This document shows, piece after piece, positions 18,056-25,901 of a stretch of 64,000 nucleotides of DNA (positions are counted from its first letter, which is position 1; each line of letters begins with the position of its first letter). A program made the position numbers and the translations under genes. The stretch is from a virus, in the IMG/VR virus record IMGVR_UViG_3300032285_002884. One strand, 5' to 3'. Under the pieces are notes generated by a model. That model had not been told where the DNA came from. It saw nothing but the letters and a program-made list of their open reading frames with translations, and did no database searches.

Positions 18056-18132
18056 TGGCTCCGGGAGTTGGAATCGAACCAACCTGATGAACAGATTAAC
18101 AGTCTGCTGTCCCACCTTGTGACCGTCCCGGA
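18056..18132 (-). tRNA. tRNA-Asn(GTT)
   Basis: GCAGA-CTGTTAA-TCTGT; G73, CCA. Confidence 0.93.
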
Positions 18133-18144
18133 ATAAATCTTATC

Positions 18145-18423
18145 TTACTGACTCGGCTTCTTGTCGTCGTAGCCGAGCCACTTCTTTACGGCTCCAACTG
18201 CCTGCTTACCAAGTCTAGCGCCGTAGGTGGCGCCGAGACCGACAGCTATCGGCTCGGTAACCGGAGCGGCAGGACCACCCAGTGAACCTAGAGCGGCACC
18301 AGCTGCGGCACCTGCAGCTCCACCTACTACCTTACCTGTAGTGGTGGCTAGGTCGTCCTCGTCGTCGTCCTCGTCGACTACCTTTTTATTTCCGGTCTTA
18401 GTAAATTCTCTAAAAGACTTCAT
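18145..18423 (-). CDS. Late glycine-zipper protein with capsid-targeting-like N-terminus
   Basis: MKSFREFT; GxxxG repeats; TATAAATA at 18456-18449. Confidence 0.7.
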   Translation of the reverse strand: MKSFREFTKTGNKKVVDEDDDEDDLATTTGKVVGGAAGAAAGAALGSLGGPAAPVTEPIAVGLGATYGARLGKQAVGAVKKWLGYDDKKPSQ

Positions 18424-18584
18424 CATCGATCCTCTGCGTCGGTCGACTTATTTATAGACCGAGATGAAAGCGAGGGTTTTGTTGTGTCAGGATGACCCTC
18501 AAACCCCGGACCGACAGCCCATCTCACATTTCGTCGGTCGCGGAAGCGGAAGCAGCACATGGAGCGCCGATGAGTCCGCTGTAT

Positions 18585-18661
18585 TGGTGATCCCCCTTGG
18601 ACTCGAACCAAGGACCCGCTGATTAAGAGTCAGCTGCTCTAACCAACTGAGCTAGGGGATC
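18585..18661 (-). tRNA. tRNA-Lys(CTT)
   Basis: GCTGA-CTCTTAA-TCAGC; CCA. Confidence 0.96.
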
Positions 18662-18691
18662 AAAGATTATTTATGATCCCCTCTGAGTAGC

Positions 18692-18934
18692 TCAGACGAG
18701 ACCGGCAGCCAGTGCCTTGTAGCCTGCTGCGATGACCTTACGCGAAGCCGAGCCGAGACGATAGCGTGACGTCTTGCCTGACTTGTTGAGATAGATCGGA
18801 TAACCCTGCATACGAAGTGTCGAGACAGTCGCGGTCGGGTTGGCTACGTTGAAGCGAGAAGCGATCTGCTTCGATGTAAGCTCTTCACCGGACTTGAATG
18901 CTTCGAGTACGCGCTGTGTTGCAGAAGTCGTCAT
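18692..18934 (-). CDS. Winged-helix DNA-binding protein
   Basis: ELTSKQIASRFNVANPTATVSTLR..GY.I; own TTGACA-17-TAGTAT promoter. Confidence 0.7.
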   Translation of the reverse strand: MTTSATQRVLEAFKSGEELTSKQIASRFNVANPTATVSTLRMQGYPIYLNKSGKTSRYRLGSASRKVIAAGYKALAAGLV

Positions 18935-19022
18935 TAGTATGTTCTCCATTACGATTAAACTCGTGGGCTCTTCCCACTATCTAATACTACCATAGTTTAG
19001 ATTACTTGTCAACTAGAAAGAT

Positions 19023-19098
19023 TGGCGCTCCCAACCGGATTTGAACCGGTGTGATCCGCGTGAGAGGCGGGTATCCTAGGCCGCTAGATGATGGGAGC
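19023..19098 (-). tRNA. tRNA-Glu(CTC)
   Basis: CCCGC-CTCTCAC-GCGGA; CCA. Confidence 0.93.
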
Positions 19099-19104
19099 GG
19101 ATAT

Positions 19105-19181
<77 letters not shown>

Positions 19182-19188
19182 ATTATAC

Positions 19189-19265
19189 TGGCGCGGCGTA
19201 TCGGACTCGAACCGATATTGTTCTCCTTGAAAGGGAGGATTCCTATGCCGTTAGAAGAACGCCGC
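19189..19265 (-). tRNA. tRNA-Glu(TTC)
   Basis: CCTCC-CTTTCAA-GGAGA; CCA. Confidence 0.93.
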
Positions 19266-19393
19266 TTGTTCATAAATATCGTCGTATGATGTTAAGGTGG
19301 CACGACGAGGATAGTAGACCAGAGTCTTTTCCACCTTTCGATTCTGGGCTCAACGAATTGGCAGTCGAGTACTCGAATCGTCTCATACAAACT

Positions 19394-19468
19394 TGGTGCA
19401 TCCTGCAGGGATTGAACCTACGACCTCTACGATGTCAACGTAGCGCTCTACCGCTAAGCTAAGGATGC
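19394..19468 (-). tRNA. tRNA-Val(GAC)
   Basis: CTACG-TTGACAT-CGTAG; CCA. Confidence 0.95.
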
Positions 19469-19477
19469 GTTGTCTAT

Positions 19478-19553
19478 TGGTGATCACTCTGGGACTCGAA
19501 CCCAGCACATGCAAGTTAAAAGCTTGCCGCTCTACCAACTGAGCTAAGTGATC
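19478..19553 (-). tRNA. tRNA-Lys(TTT)
   Basis: GCAAG-CTTTTAA-CTTGC; CCA. Confidence 0.96.
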
Positions 19554-19559
19554 GAGTTA

Positions 19560-20045
19560 GTTGGCATTTGTTCTGTTTGATGATCGATGATCAACCGCAT
19601 TCCTACCATCTCCGTAGGTGCTTCACCGGCAGTGCCACGCTGCCACGATTAGTTGTTTGGCTACTAGTGGGACTGGCATCCCTCGTTCGTGTCCCTGCCA
19701 GAGGACACAGATACCAGCGCGCTGGCCAGTACCGTCCAAATCCTATTGTCTCTGCAAAGATACTACATAGAATCGAATTTCGGAGTCGGGTGCTTCCCTT
19801 CCTTAGCCATTGATCGGGTTGTCTCAGGATGGCAAGATGGCCCTATCATCCGTAGTGCATGCGTCCATGCACGATACCCCGTGTAGTATCCGTGGAGAGA
19901 CAACAATTGTCTCTGCAAGGATACACCGCACCTGCAACAGTGCCTACGCTGCTCGTTGCAGAGCTTATAAGCCATAGCACCGCAGTCGTGTATCCGTGGA
20001 GAGACAACCGAAGTTGTCTTTCGTTTAACGATGTCAATCAGCCAT
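19560..20045 (-). ncRNA. Large structured leader RNA of the tRNA operon (about 490 nt)
   Basis: No credible ORF; duplicated long-range helices TTGTCTCT-CCAC-GGATAC / GTATC(C/T)-TTGC-AGAGACAA; many hairpins. Confidence 0.6.
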
Positions 20046-20060
20046 TCAGATTATATTAAG

Positions 20061-20089
20061 ATAGTACCATAGTCTGAATTATTTGTCAA
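20061..20089 (-). promoter_or_regulatory. sigma70-type early promoter of the tRNA operon
   Basis: TTGACA-17 nt-(TG)-TACTAT. Confidence 0.85.
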
Positions 20090-20091
20090 CT

Positions 20092-20134
20092 GAAAAGAGA
20101 AGGGGCGCCTCACTCTTTACTGTGGGCGCCCCTT
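20092..20134 (-). terminator. Intrinsic terminator (putative attenuator)
   Basis: AAGGGGCGCC-CAC..GTG-A-GGCGCCCCTT then CTCTTTTC. Confidence 0.75.
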
Positions 20135-20159
20135 GAACTTACTCTTCTGAGTCAAAGAT

Positions 20160-20267
20160 TCAAGATCGCCCTCGCGTTGGTTCGCGACCATTATCCCATG
20201 TCTGGGCAATGACGCAGAACGCGCTCGGCATGCTATACGGAAGAGGGTGTTTAACTGTTGTGTTCAT
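20160..20267 (-). CDS. Putative attenuator leader peptide, 35 aa, contains all 20 amino acids
   Basis: MNTTVKHPLPYSMPSAFCVIAQTWDNGREPTRGRS*; ATG 5 nt after TATAAATA (20280-20273), no SD. Confidence 0.7.
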   Translation of the reverse strand: MNTTVKHPLPYSMPSAFCVIAQTWDNGREPTRGRS

Positions 20268-20285
20268 ACTTTTATTTATACGACA

Positions 20286-20465
20286 TCAACTTAAAAAGTC
20301 GACGATGTTTCCATTTTTATCTACTGCTCGCACCTGCCACTTCTTAGAGGTCTTGAGCTCTTGCATGAGCTGACGGATGCGCTGTGAGTTACCCGCTGGT
20401 GTGTCGCTGTACGTACGCCAGATGCCCATAGGGTCACACGCCTGTATCTTTACGTAGTCTATCAT
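20286..20465 (-). CDS. Hypothetical protein (59 aa, below the ORF-track cutoff)
   Basis: MIDYVKIQACDPMGIWRTY..VRAVDKNGNIVDFLS; ATGA-coupled. Confidence 0.7.
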   Translation of the reverse strand: MIDYVKIQACDPMGIWRTYSDTPAGNSQRIRQLMQELKTSKKWQVRAVDKNGNIVDFLS

Positions 20466-20866
20466 CCCCTCCGTGAACGTGACCCCAGCCCAGTCTTATC
20501 CGACTCAGGACTGAAGTACATGGTAGGTCCCTTGTTGTACGCGACCGTGGTACGCTGAGCCTTCTCAAGGATGGCCTTCTGTACCTCGGGCTTCTCCTTG
20601 TGCAGGTTCTCCATGATGCCGCGCTTGAAGCCGTTGCCGACGCCGTTGGACAGCTCGTACTTGGTCTCGACGCGCAGGTCAGGCAGAGCGATGGTGTGCT
20701 TGCCCTTGAATGCTCGCTGCAAGTTACGCTGCTCGGGATGCAGGCCGCGGTCGCGCAGCCACTGATCGTGCTTAGCGGTAGACTCAGCGAGCTTCTTGCT
20801 CTTGGACGGCTTGCGCTTGGTCGAGCCGGTGGTCGTGAAGTATACTGGTGCTAGATGCATTGACAT
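20462..20866 (-). CDS. Hypothetical early protein
   Basis: MSMHLAPVYFTT...AYNKGP.MY; own sigma70 promoter. Confidence 0.75.
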   Translation of the reverse strand: MSMHLAPVYFTTTGSTKRKPSKSKKLAESTAKHDQWLRDRGLHPEQRNLQRAFKGKHTIALPDLRVETKYELSNGVGNGFKRGIMENLHKEKPEVQKAILEKAQRTTVAYNKGPTMYFSPESDKTGLGSRSRRG

Positions 20867-20925
20867 GGCTAAATCCTCATTATGATATATCATACCACAG
20901 GTTGGATTATTTGTCAACTAAAAAG

Positions 20926-21000
20926 TGGTAGTCCGAGAGGGGATCGAACCCCCGACCTTCTCCGTGTAAAGGAGCTGCGCTACCGCTGCGCCATCGGACC
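20926..21000 (-). tRNA. tRNA-Val(TAC)
   Basis: GCTCC-TTTACAC-GGAGA; CCA. Confidence 0.94.
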
Positions 21001-21005
21001 ATCGT

Positions 21006-21082
21006 TGGTGATCACGGCATGACTCGAACATGCGACCCCGAATTTAGGAAATTCGTGCTCTATCCTGCTGAGCTACGTGACC
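21006..21082 (-). tRNA. tRNA-Arg(CCT)
   Basis: CGAAT-TTCCTAA-ATTCG; CCA. Confidence 0.94.
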
Positions 21083-21091
21083 GTGAAAGAG

Positions 21092-21181
21092 TGGCGGAGT
21101 GATGGCGGAATCGAACCCCTGGCCTTACGGCTCCAACCGCTTTCAAGGCGGTGCTAGCATCCCCGGCTAGACATGCACTCC
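21092..21181 (-). tRNA. tRNA-Ser(TGA), atypical acceptor/T geometry
   Basis: ACCGC-CTTGAAA-GCGGT; variable arm; extended D stem CTAGC/GCTAG; G73, CCA. Confidence 0.8.
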
Positions 21182-21190
21182 GTGTTCTAT

Positions 21191-21919
21191 TTATTTCCAG
21201 TGGATGATCTCCCAAGTACCATCCATGTGTTCTACTAGAGCCGTGCAGCTCTCGACCCAGTCGCCGCAGTTCATGTAGTCAATCTCACCAACCTTACGAA
21301 TGTTTGGATGGTGTATATGACCACATATGATACCATCAGCTGACTTAGCCTTTGCATATGATGAGAGGTTCTCCTCGTAGCTGCCGATGAAGTTGACCGC
21401 TTCCTTGACCTTATACTTCAGCCACTTCGAGAGGGACCAGTACGGTAGGCCAAAGATGTTCCTTATCCTAGTTAAGAAGACGTTGACGGCGATGGACTGG
21501 TCGTATGCCCAGCTGCCTAGGTGGCTGAGCCACTTAGCGTTGGTTATGACCGCGTCGAACTCGTCGCCGTGCATCACTATGTACTTCTTACCGGTACCAG
21601 ACACGTACACGCCGTTCTTGAGAAGAGAGACGTTGCCGAAGTGGTTGTCGCAGAACGAGCGAAGGAACTCATCGTGGTTTCCGGGAATGAACGTGATGTG
21701 CGTGTTCTTTCTAGCCCGTCTCAAGATCTTCTGTACTACGTCGTTGTTCTCCTGTGGCCAGAAGAAGTTCCGAGAGAGTGCCCAGCCGTCGATGATGTCA
21801 CCGACTAGGTAGAGCTGGTCACACTCAAACGTCTTCAAGAACTGAAGAAGAAGATCAGGCCGACTCATCTTGGTGCCGAGATGGACATCGGAGATGAAGA
21901 CGGCTCGATACTTGATCAT
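21191..21919 (-). CDS. LpxH/YbbF-like metallophosphoesterase
   Basis: SDVHLG, GDIIDGW, GNHD, HGD, CGHIH, NCGDW. Confidence 0.9.
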   Translation of the reverse strand: MIKYRAVFISDVHLGTKMSRPDLLLQFLKTFECDQLYLVGDIIDGWALSRNFFWPQENNDVVQKILRRARKNTHITFIPGNHDEFLRSFCDNHFGNVSLLKNGVYVSGTGKKYIVMHGDEFDAVITNAKWLSHLGSWAYDQSIAVNVFLTRIRNIFGLPYWSLSKWLKYKVKEAVNFIGSYEENLSSYAKAKSADGIICGHIHHPNIRKVGEIDYMNCGDWVESCTALVEHMDGTWEIIHWK

Positions 21920-22323
21920 AGCTTTGCACGCTTACGCAGCTCAGTGGTAGACCAACCATGCCTGCGCTGGTTGTAGAAGATCTCGATACCGTTCTCTACG
22001 CAGTACTGGAAGCCGGTGAACTCGACGTGCCGGTACTCCTCACCGACGAACCTGACGTGCATCGGTATGGTGGCCAGCATGTCCATCAAGTCCTTCTCGG
22101 TAGAGTAGGGGACGATCTCGTCGACGAACTTACAGCCATGAAGCTGGACGAACCGCTCGTACACGCTCTGTGCCGGCTTGTTCTTCGTGTCGGGTCGATC
22201 TATGGTGGGATCGGTCTGGAGACCTACGATCAGCCAGTCACAGTTCTCTTTGCACTCACGCAGCATGGCCACGTGTCCGGCATGTAACAGGTCGAACGTA
22301 CTGCAGGTGAAACCGATCTTCAT
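21916..22323 (-). CDS. TagD-like glycerol-3-phosphate cytidylyltransferase
   Basis: FDLLHAGH, LIVGLQTD, STTELR. Confidence 0.9.
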   Translation of the reverse strand: MKIGFTCSTFDLLHAGHVAMLRECKENCDWLIVGLQTDPTIDRPDTKNKPAQSVYERFVQLHGCKFVDEIVPYSTEKDLMDMLATIPMHVRFVGEEYRHVEFTGFQYCVENGIEIFYNQRRHGWSTTELRKRAKL

Positions 22324-22343
22324 ATCAAAGTCTCCAGTAAATT

Positions 22344-22416
22344 TGGTTGCGGTCGCTGGTGACGCTCCAGTTCTCTAGCTTATGAGGCTAGCGTGGCACT
22401 TTTCCACTACCCCGCA
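22344..22416 (-). tRNA. tRNA-Met(CAT), atypical
   Basis: CTAGC-CTCATAA-GCTAG; degenerate T-loop AGCGTCA and acceptor mismatches; CCA. Confidence 0.7.
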
Positions 22417-22422
22417 GTGAAC

Positions 22423-22716
22423 TCAATTCTGTTGGCAGACCCGACGCCAACCTACCTGATAGCCGTCCTCGTATACGGGACGCTTGAAGCAGATGACTAT
22501 TGGACCGTCTTCGTCCATCGGGTAGTCGTACCGCTGATAGTTGTTGTAGCGCTGGTAGTGATCGTAGTGATCGTACCGAGGGTGATTGATGGCCTCGTTG
22601 AGGATGGCACCTGCAAACAGACCACCTACGAACGGCCAAGGGTTGCCACCTGCATGGGCGGCCTGAGAGGTGACCAGAGTAGACACCAATGTAGTAACCA
22701 ATAAGAACTTCTTCAT
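22423..22716 (-). CDS. Small secreted hypothetical protein
   Basis: Signal peptide ..AHA; Tyr-rich linker; two Cys. Confidence 0.7.
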   Translation of the reverse strand: MKKFLLVTTLVSTLVTSQAAHAGGNPWPFVGGLFAGAILNEAINHPRYDHYDHYQRYNNYQRYDYPMDEDGPIVICFKRPVYEDGYQVGWRRVCQQN

Positions 22717-22735
22717 CTTCACCACCTATCTAATT

Positions 22736-22893
22736 TGGCGTGGGCTACGCTCGTCTCAGGAGACTCCCGTTGTCTTAAGCGTGACCCCCACGCAGTCACG
22801 CAGCACTCCCCGAACAAGCTGGGCGGGCCCAGGTCCCAGACAGCCGCTAGGGAGTGCAGCGATCTAGCTAGTCGGCTCTTTAGCTCCGACTCA
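22736..22893 (-). ncRNA. Putative late structured RNA
   Basis: TATAAATA at 22905-22898; stems AGTCGG/CCGACT, GCACTCCC/GGGAGTGC, GCGTGGG/CCCACGC-CA. Confidence 0.5.
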
Positions 22894-22906
22894 TTTTTAT
22901 TTATAC

Positions 22907-23149
22907 TCAGAAAGTGAATTTGCTAGGACACCGTGAGTGGTTACACACCATGCTTAAAGCAATAGTACGACCCATTGAGTCAGTGAACGACTTGCCGCAT
23001 ACCCGACAGCAGGCCTGCATCTCAGGGCTGGTCGGATAGGCAGGGATGCTCGGGAAGGGAACTGGAGGGAGCTGTGGCTTTATACCCCAGCCCTCGAGAT
23101 ACCCGTCCTTGAACCCGTCGCGGTACCCGTCTTTGTACTCTTCACTCAT
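22907..23149 (-). CDS. Hypothetical protein
   Basis: YKDGYRDGFKDGY repeat; Cys cluster. Confidence 0.65.
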   Translation of the reverse strand: MSEEYKDGYRDGFKDGYLEGWGIKPQLPPVPFPSIPAYPTSPEMQACCRVCGKSFTDSMGRTIALSMVCNHSRCPSKFTF

Positions 23150-23160
23150 CTTCTCTCTCC

Positions 23161-23994
23161 TCAGTTCTTGCAGCAGGTGACTCGGGCCACCTTGCGGAAG
23201 TTGGCGGCGCCCATCTTGCGGACGTCGGCGATCTTGATGACCATCCGGAGCGAGAGCTCGCGGAGGCGGTCCTGCTCTTCCTCGATGAAGGCGACGACGT
23301 CAGCCCGCTGACCAGCGTCGAGACCTGACAGGAGACCTGCGTCGATGACCTGCTTGATGCGGACCAGATAGTCACGCTTGGTCTTCATGGCCAAGTCGAT
23401 GTAGTGCGACCGAGACACGAGGGCCTGAAGGTGAGGGGCAAGCTTGTGACCCTTGTCGATCAGGGCATCGAAGTCGAGGTTGGTGATGAACACCACCGTG
23501 CCGTTGAAGGTGAACGACCGAGGCATGCGCTCACCGGTATCCTCGTCGATCAGGGAACCCTCAGCGCGCCAGCCGACACGACGGACACCGGTGGTGTCGC
23601 ATACCGCCTTGAGCAGGTTGAGGCTGATGTCGTCGAAGAACACCGAGTCGGCGTCGTCGAGCACCAACACCTGACCCTCGTTGGAGTGCTGGTACAGGAG
23701 CTTGTAGAGGCCGGTGGCACGAACGAAGCCCTTGACGAAGGTGTAGCGCTCACCGGTCGGGTCGATCTCGTTGAGGACCTGCTCGACCGTGTGGGACTTG
23801 CCGAGACCGGCAGGGCCCGAGACGATCATGGAGCGGCATGAGCCCATGGCACAGGCCTCGGTGAAGGTCGACAGGACCTCGAACCGCTCACCGATGCGCT
23901 TTGAGATCTGTTCGTCAGACTCGAACTTGACGACGTTGGTGAAGGAAGGAACCGACTTGGACTGGGACTTGCGAGCGTAGACACCACGTGGCAT
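23161..23994 (-). CDS. AAA+ ATPase
   Basis: GPAGLGKS, LVLDDAD, FITN, ALVSR. Confidence 0.88.
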   Translation of the reverse strand: MPRGVYARKSQSKSVPSFTNVVKFESDEQISKRIGERFEVLSTFTEACAMGSCRSMIVSGPAGLGKSHTVEQVLNEIDPTGERYTFVKGFVRATGLYKLLYQHSNEGQVLVLDDADSVFFDDISLNLLKAVCDTTGVRRVGWRAEGSLIDEDTGERMPRSFTFNGTVVFITNLDFDALIDKGHKLAPHLQALVSRSHYIDLAMKTKRDYLVRIKQVIDAGLLSGLDAGQRADVVAFIEEEQDRLRELSLRMVIKIADVRKMGAANFRKVARVTCCKN

Positions 23995-24057
23995 GAGATA
24001 GACTCCTGATTGACTATATTAAGATCTTATCACAAGAACGAATTATTGTCAACCACT

Positions 24058-24264
24058 TTATGCGGCGACCACCATCTTGTCGAGGTACTGCTCATCAGCG
24101 AAAGCCGACATCTCGAGGTCGAGCTCGTCAGCGAGGTTGCGGTACTCGCTCGCGATCTTGCGGATCTCGTAGCGGAGGTCATCCGCGTCGTAGAAGTACG
24201 TGTGTGAGCGGCGGACGAGAGACTCGAGACGCTCGGCGAGGTCGACTGCTTCATTGACTGTCAT
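24058..24264 (-). CDS. Early hypothetical protein
   Basis: Promoter + AAGGAAGGG SD cassette. Confidence 0.7.
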   Translation of the reverse strand: MTVNEAVDLAERLESLVRRSHTYFYDADDLRYEIRKIASEYRNLADELDLEMSAFADEQYLDKMVVAA

Positions 24265-24318
24265 TGCGTTATCCCTTCCTTGATTATGATATAATCTTAT
24301 CACAAGAACGAATTATTG

Positions 24319-24540
24319 TCAATAGGCTAAACCCTCGAAGAAGCGGATGTCGGCCTCGGACGCGTAGGGATCCATGGCACGGATGCGGCTCGTCAGAGCC
24401 TCCATGAGGCCGTCGATCTTGTCCTTGAGGGCAGCCGCCAGCCCATAGGCTTGACAGTCCATGGCGAACCCATAGTTGGCCTCCATGTGGTCCAGAGCGG
24501 CTCGGATCTGCTCGATAGTGAGGTCGTTGTACTTAGCCAT
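24319..24540 (-). CDS. Early hypothetical protein
   Basis: Cassette; stop overlaps next -35 box. Confidence 0.7.
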   Translation of the reverse strand: MAKYNDLTIEQIRAALDHMEANYGFAMDCQAYGLAAALKDKIDGLMEALTSRIRAMDPYASEADIRFFEGLAY

Positions 24541-24591
24541 GTCGGGTCCTTTCCTGATCATGATTAAATATACCATGGGATCGAATTATTG

Positions 24592-25008
24592 TCAACCCTT
24601 AATTTCGTCGAGACGTTCGGCGAGGGATGAGTAGCCACCCTTGTATCCGGCCCGCTTGAACTTCCACTCGAGACCGTCGAATACGTAGAAGTAGTCCACA
24701 CCCTTGTGGGCGCCCTCCGCGTAGTGGAGTGAGTGGAAGTCCTTTGCATCCACACCACCCTCTCCACGGTCACGTCCGTAGGCCAGACACCACTCCTTGT
24801 TGGTCGGCTTATTGAAGTCCTGCTTCTCACCGATCTGAGTCCCGAGAGACGAGAGGTCGCCGAGTTCCATCAGGGACTCGACCTTCTCGATCGTGTCCCA
24901 GTAGTTCTTGAGAGTGACACCTACGCCCTCGATGTATCCATCGAAGTGGCAGTAGATGGCGGTGATGTTCGAGCCGTTGTCGAAAGCAATCATCGAGCGT
25001 GTTGACAT
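24592..25008 (-). CDS. Early hypothetical protein
   Basis: MSTRSMI..IYCHFDGY..GVG..L..GDLSSL..AYGRDRGE. Confidence 0.75.
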   Translation of the reverse strand: MSTRSMIAFDNGSNITAIYCHFDGYIEGVGVTLKNYWDTIEKVESLMELGDLSSLGTQIGEKQDFNKPTNKEWCLAYGRDRGEGGVDAKDFHSLHYAEGAHKGVDYFYVFDGLEWKFKRAGYKGGYSSLAERLDEIKG

Positions 25009-25010
25009 GA

Positions 25011-25325
25011 TCAAGCAGCCTTCAGCATGTTGAGGGGAACGTTGTACAGTACAGTCGCAGGGACCGGCTGCATTCTGGAGTTGTATGCTCGGGTGTTCGG
25101 CATGAGACACTCGACCACGGCTTTCTTGACCTTGACAGACTTCAGAGTACCGTTGTAGGTGACGCCCTTGTGAGTAAAGACGACGGGCATGCCGGCCTTG
25201 AAGGAGTACTTTGCAAGCTTAGAAAGCTTCTCGCGGCGGAACTTCATCGCCTCCATGAGATTCTCGAGTTGGTCTTGAGTGGCGTCGAGGGTGACGAAGG
25301 AGAGAACGGTATTGAAGTCGGTCAT
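25011..25325 (-). CDS. Early hypothetical protein
   Basis: Cassette with AAGGA SD. Confidence 0.7.
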   Translation of the reverse strand: MTDFNTVLSFVTLDATQDQLENLMEAMKFRREKLSKLAKYSFKAGMPVVFTHKGVTYNGTLKSVKVKKAVVECLMPNTRAYNSRMQPVPATVLYNVPLNMLKAA

Positions 25326-25373
25326 GGTGTTTTCCTTAGTTGTCATCATAAGAAGATATTACCACAGGTAGGA

Positions 25374-25568
25374 TTAAATGTCAACCGTCTTTGGTGAGGA
25401 GAAGAGGACGGTCTCGTGGATCTGGAAGTCGGTCTTGGTGTAGTCGACGTGGTGACGGCCGTAGTCGTGGGCACCAGCCCACGAGTCGAACACCATCGGG
25501 TTACCGATCATGCGCCCGAACGACCGGTCGGTGCCGACCTTGTGGAACGTGAGGATGTAGTATGTCAT
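25374..25568 (-). CDS. Early hypothetical protein
   Basis: Cassette with promoter and SD. Confidence 0.65.
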   Translation of the reverse strand: MTYYILTFHKVGTDRSFGRMIGNPMVFDSWAGAHDYGRHHVDYTKTDFQIHETVLFSSPKTVDI

Positions 25569-25658
25569 GTCGGTAGCCCTTCCTTGATTATGATATTATA
25601 TTATCATGAGAAAGAATTTTTGTCAACTCATCCAAGGCATACCTGCCATGACGAGAAG

Positions 25659-25847
25659 TCATACCTCGACGGCCTTGATGCCGTGGATGACGAGCTCGTA
25701 GGAGCGGTCGTGGGCGTACTTCTTGATCTTGGCCTGAAGGTCGGCGACTCGAGAGTCGAGAGCCTCACGGGTGTCGTATGTCTCAGTCCACTCGTCGGCA
25801 CTCTCTGGATCCCGCTGGCTCAGGGTGATCTCGTACTTGGTGGTCAT
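25659..25847 (-). CDS. Early hypothetical protein
   Basis: Cassette with promoter and SD. Confidence 0.65.
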   Translation of the reverse strand: MTTKYEITLSQRDPESADEWTETYDTREALDSRVADLQAKIKKYAHDRSYELVIHGIKAVEV

Positions 25848-25901
25848 GTCGGTATCCCTTCTCTGATTATGATATGATCTTATCATGAGAACGAATTATT
25901 G

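Noticed and set aside
19901-19910. One printed block has 9 bases
   Set aside because: The ORF track implies caacaattgt; treated as a display slip, not biology.
19560-20045. RNase P RNA, or the short ORFs listed in the track
   Set aside because: P4 signatures (GAGGAAAGUC, ACAGAA.CCGGC) not found; ORFs lack SD and overlap in several frames without protein-like character.
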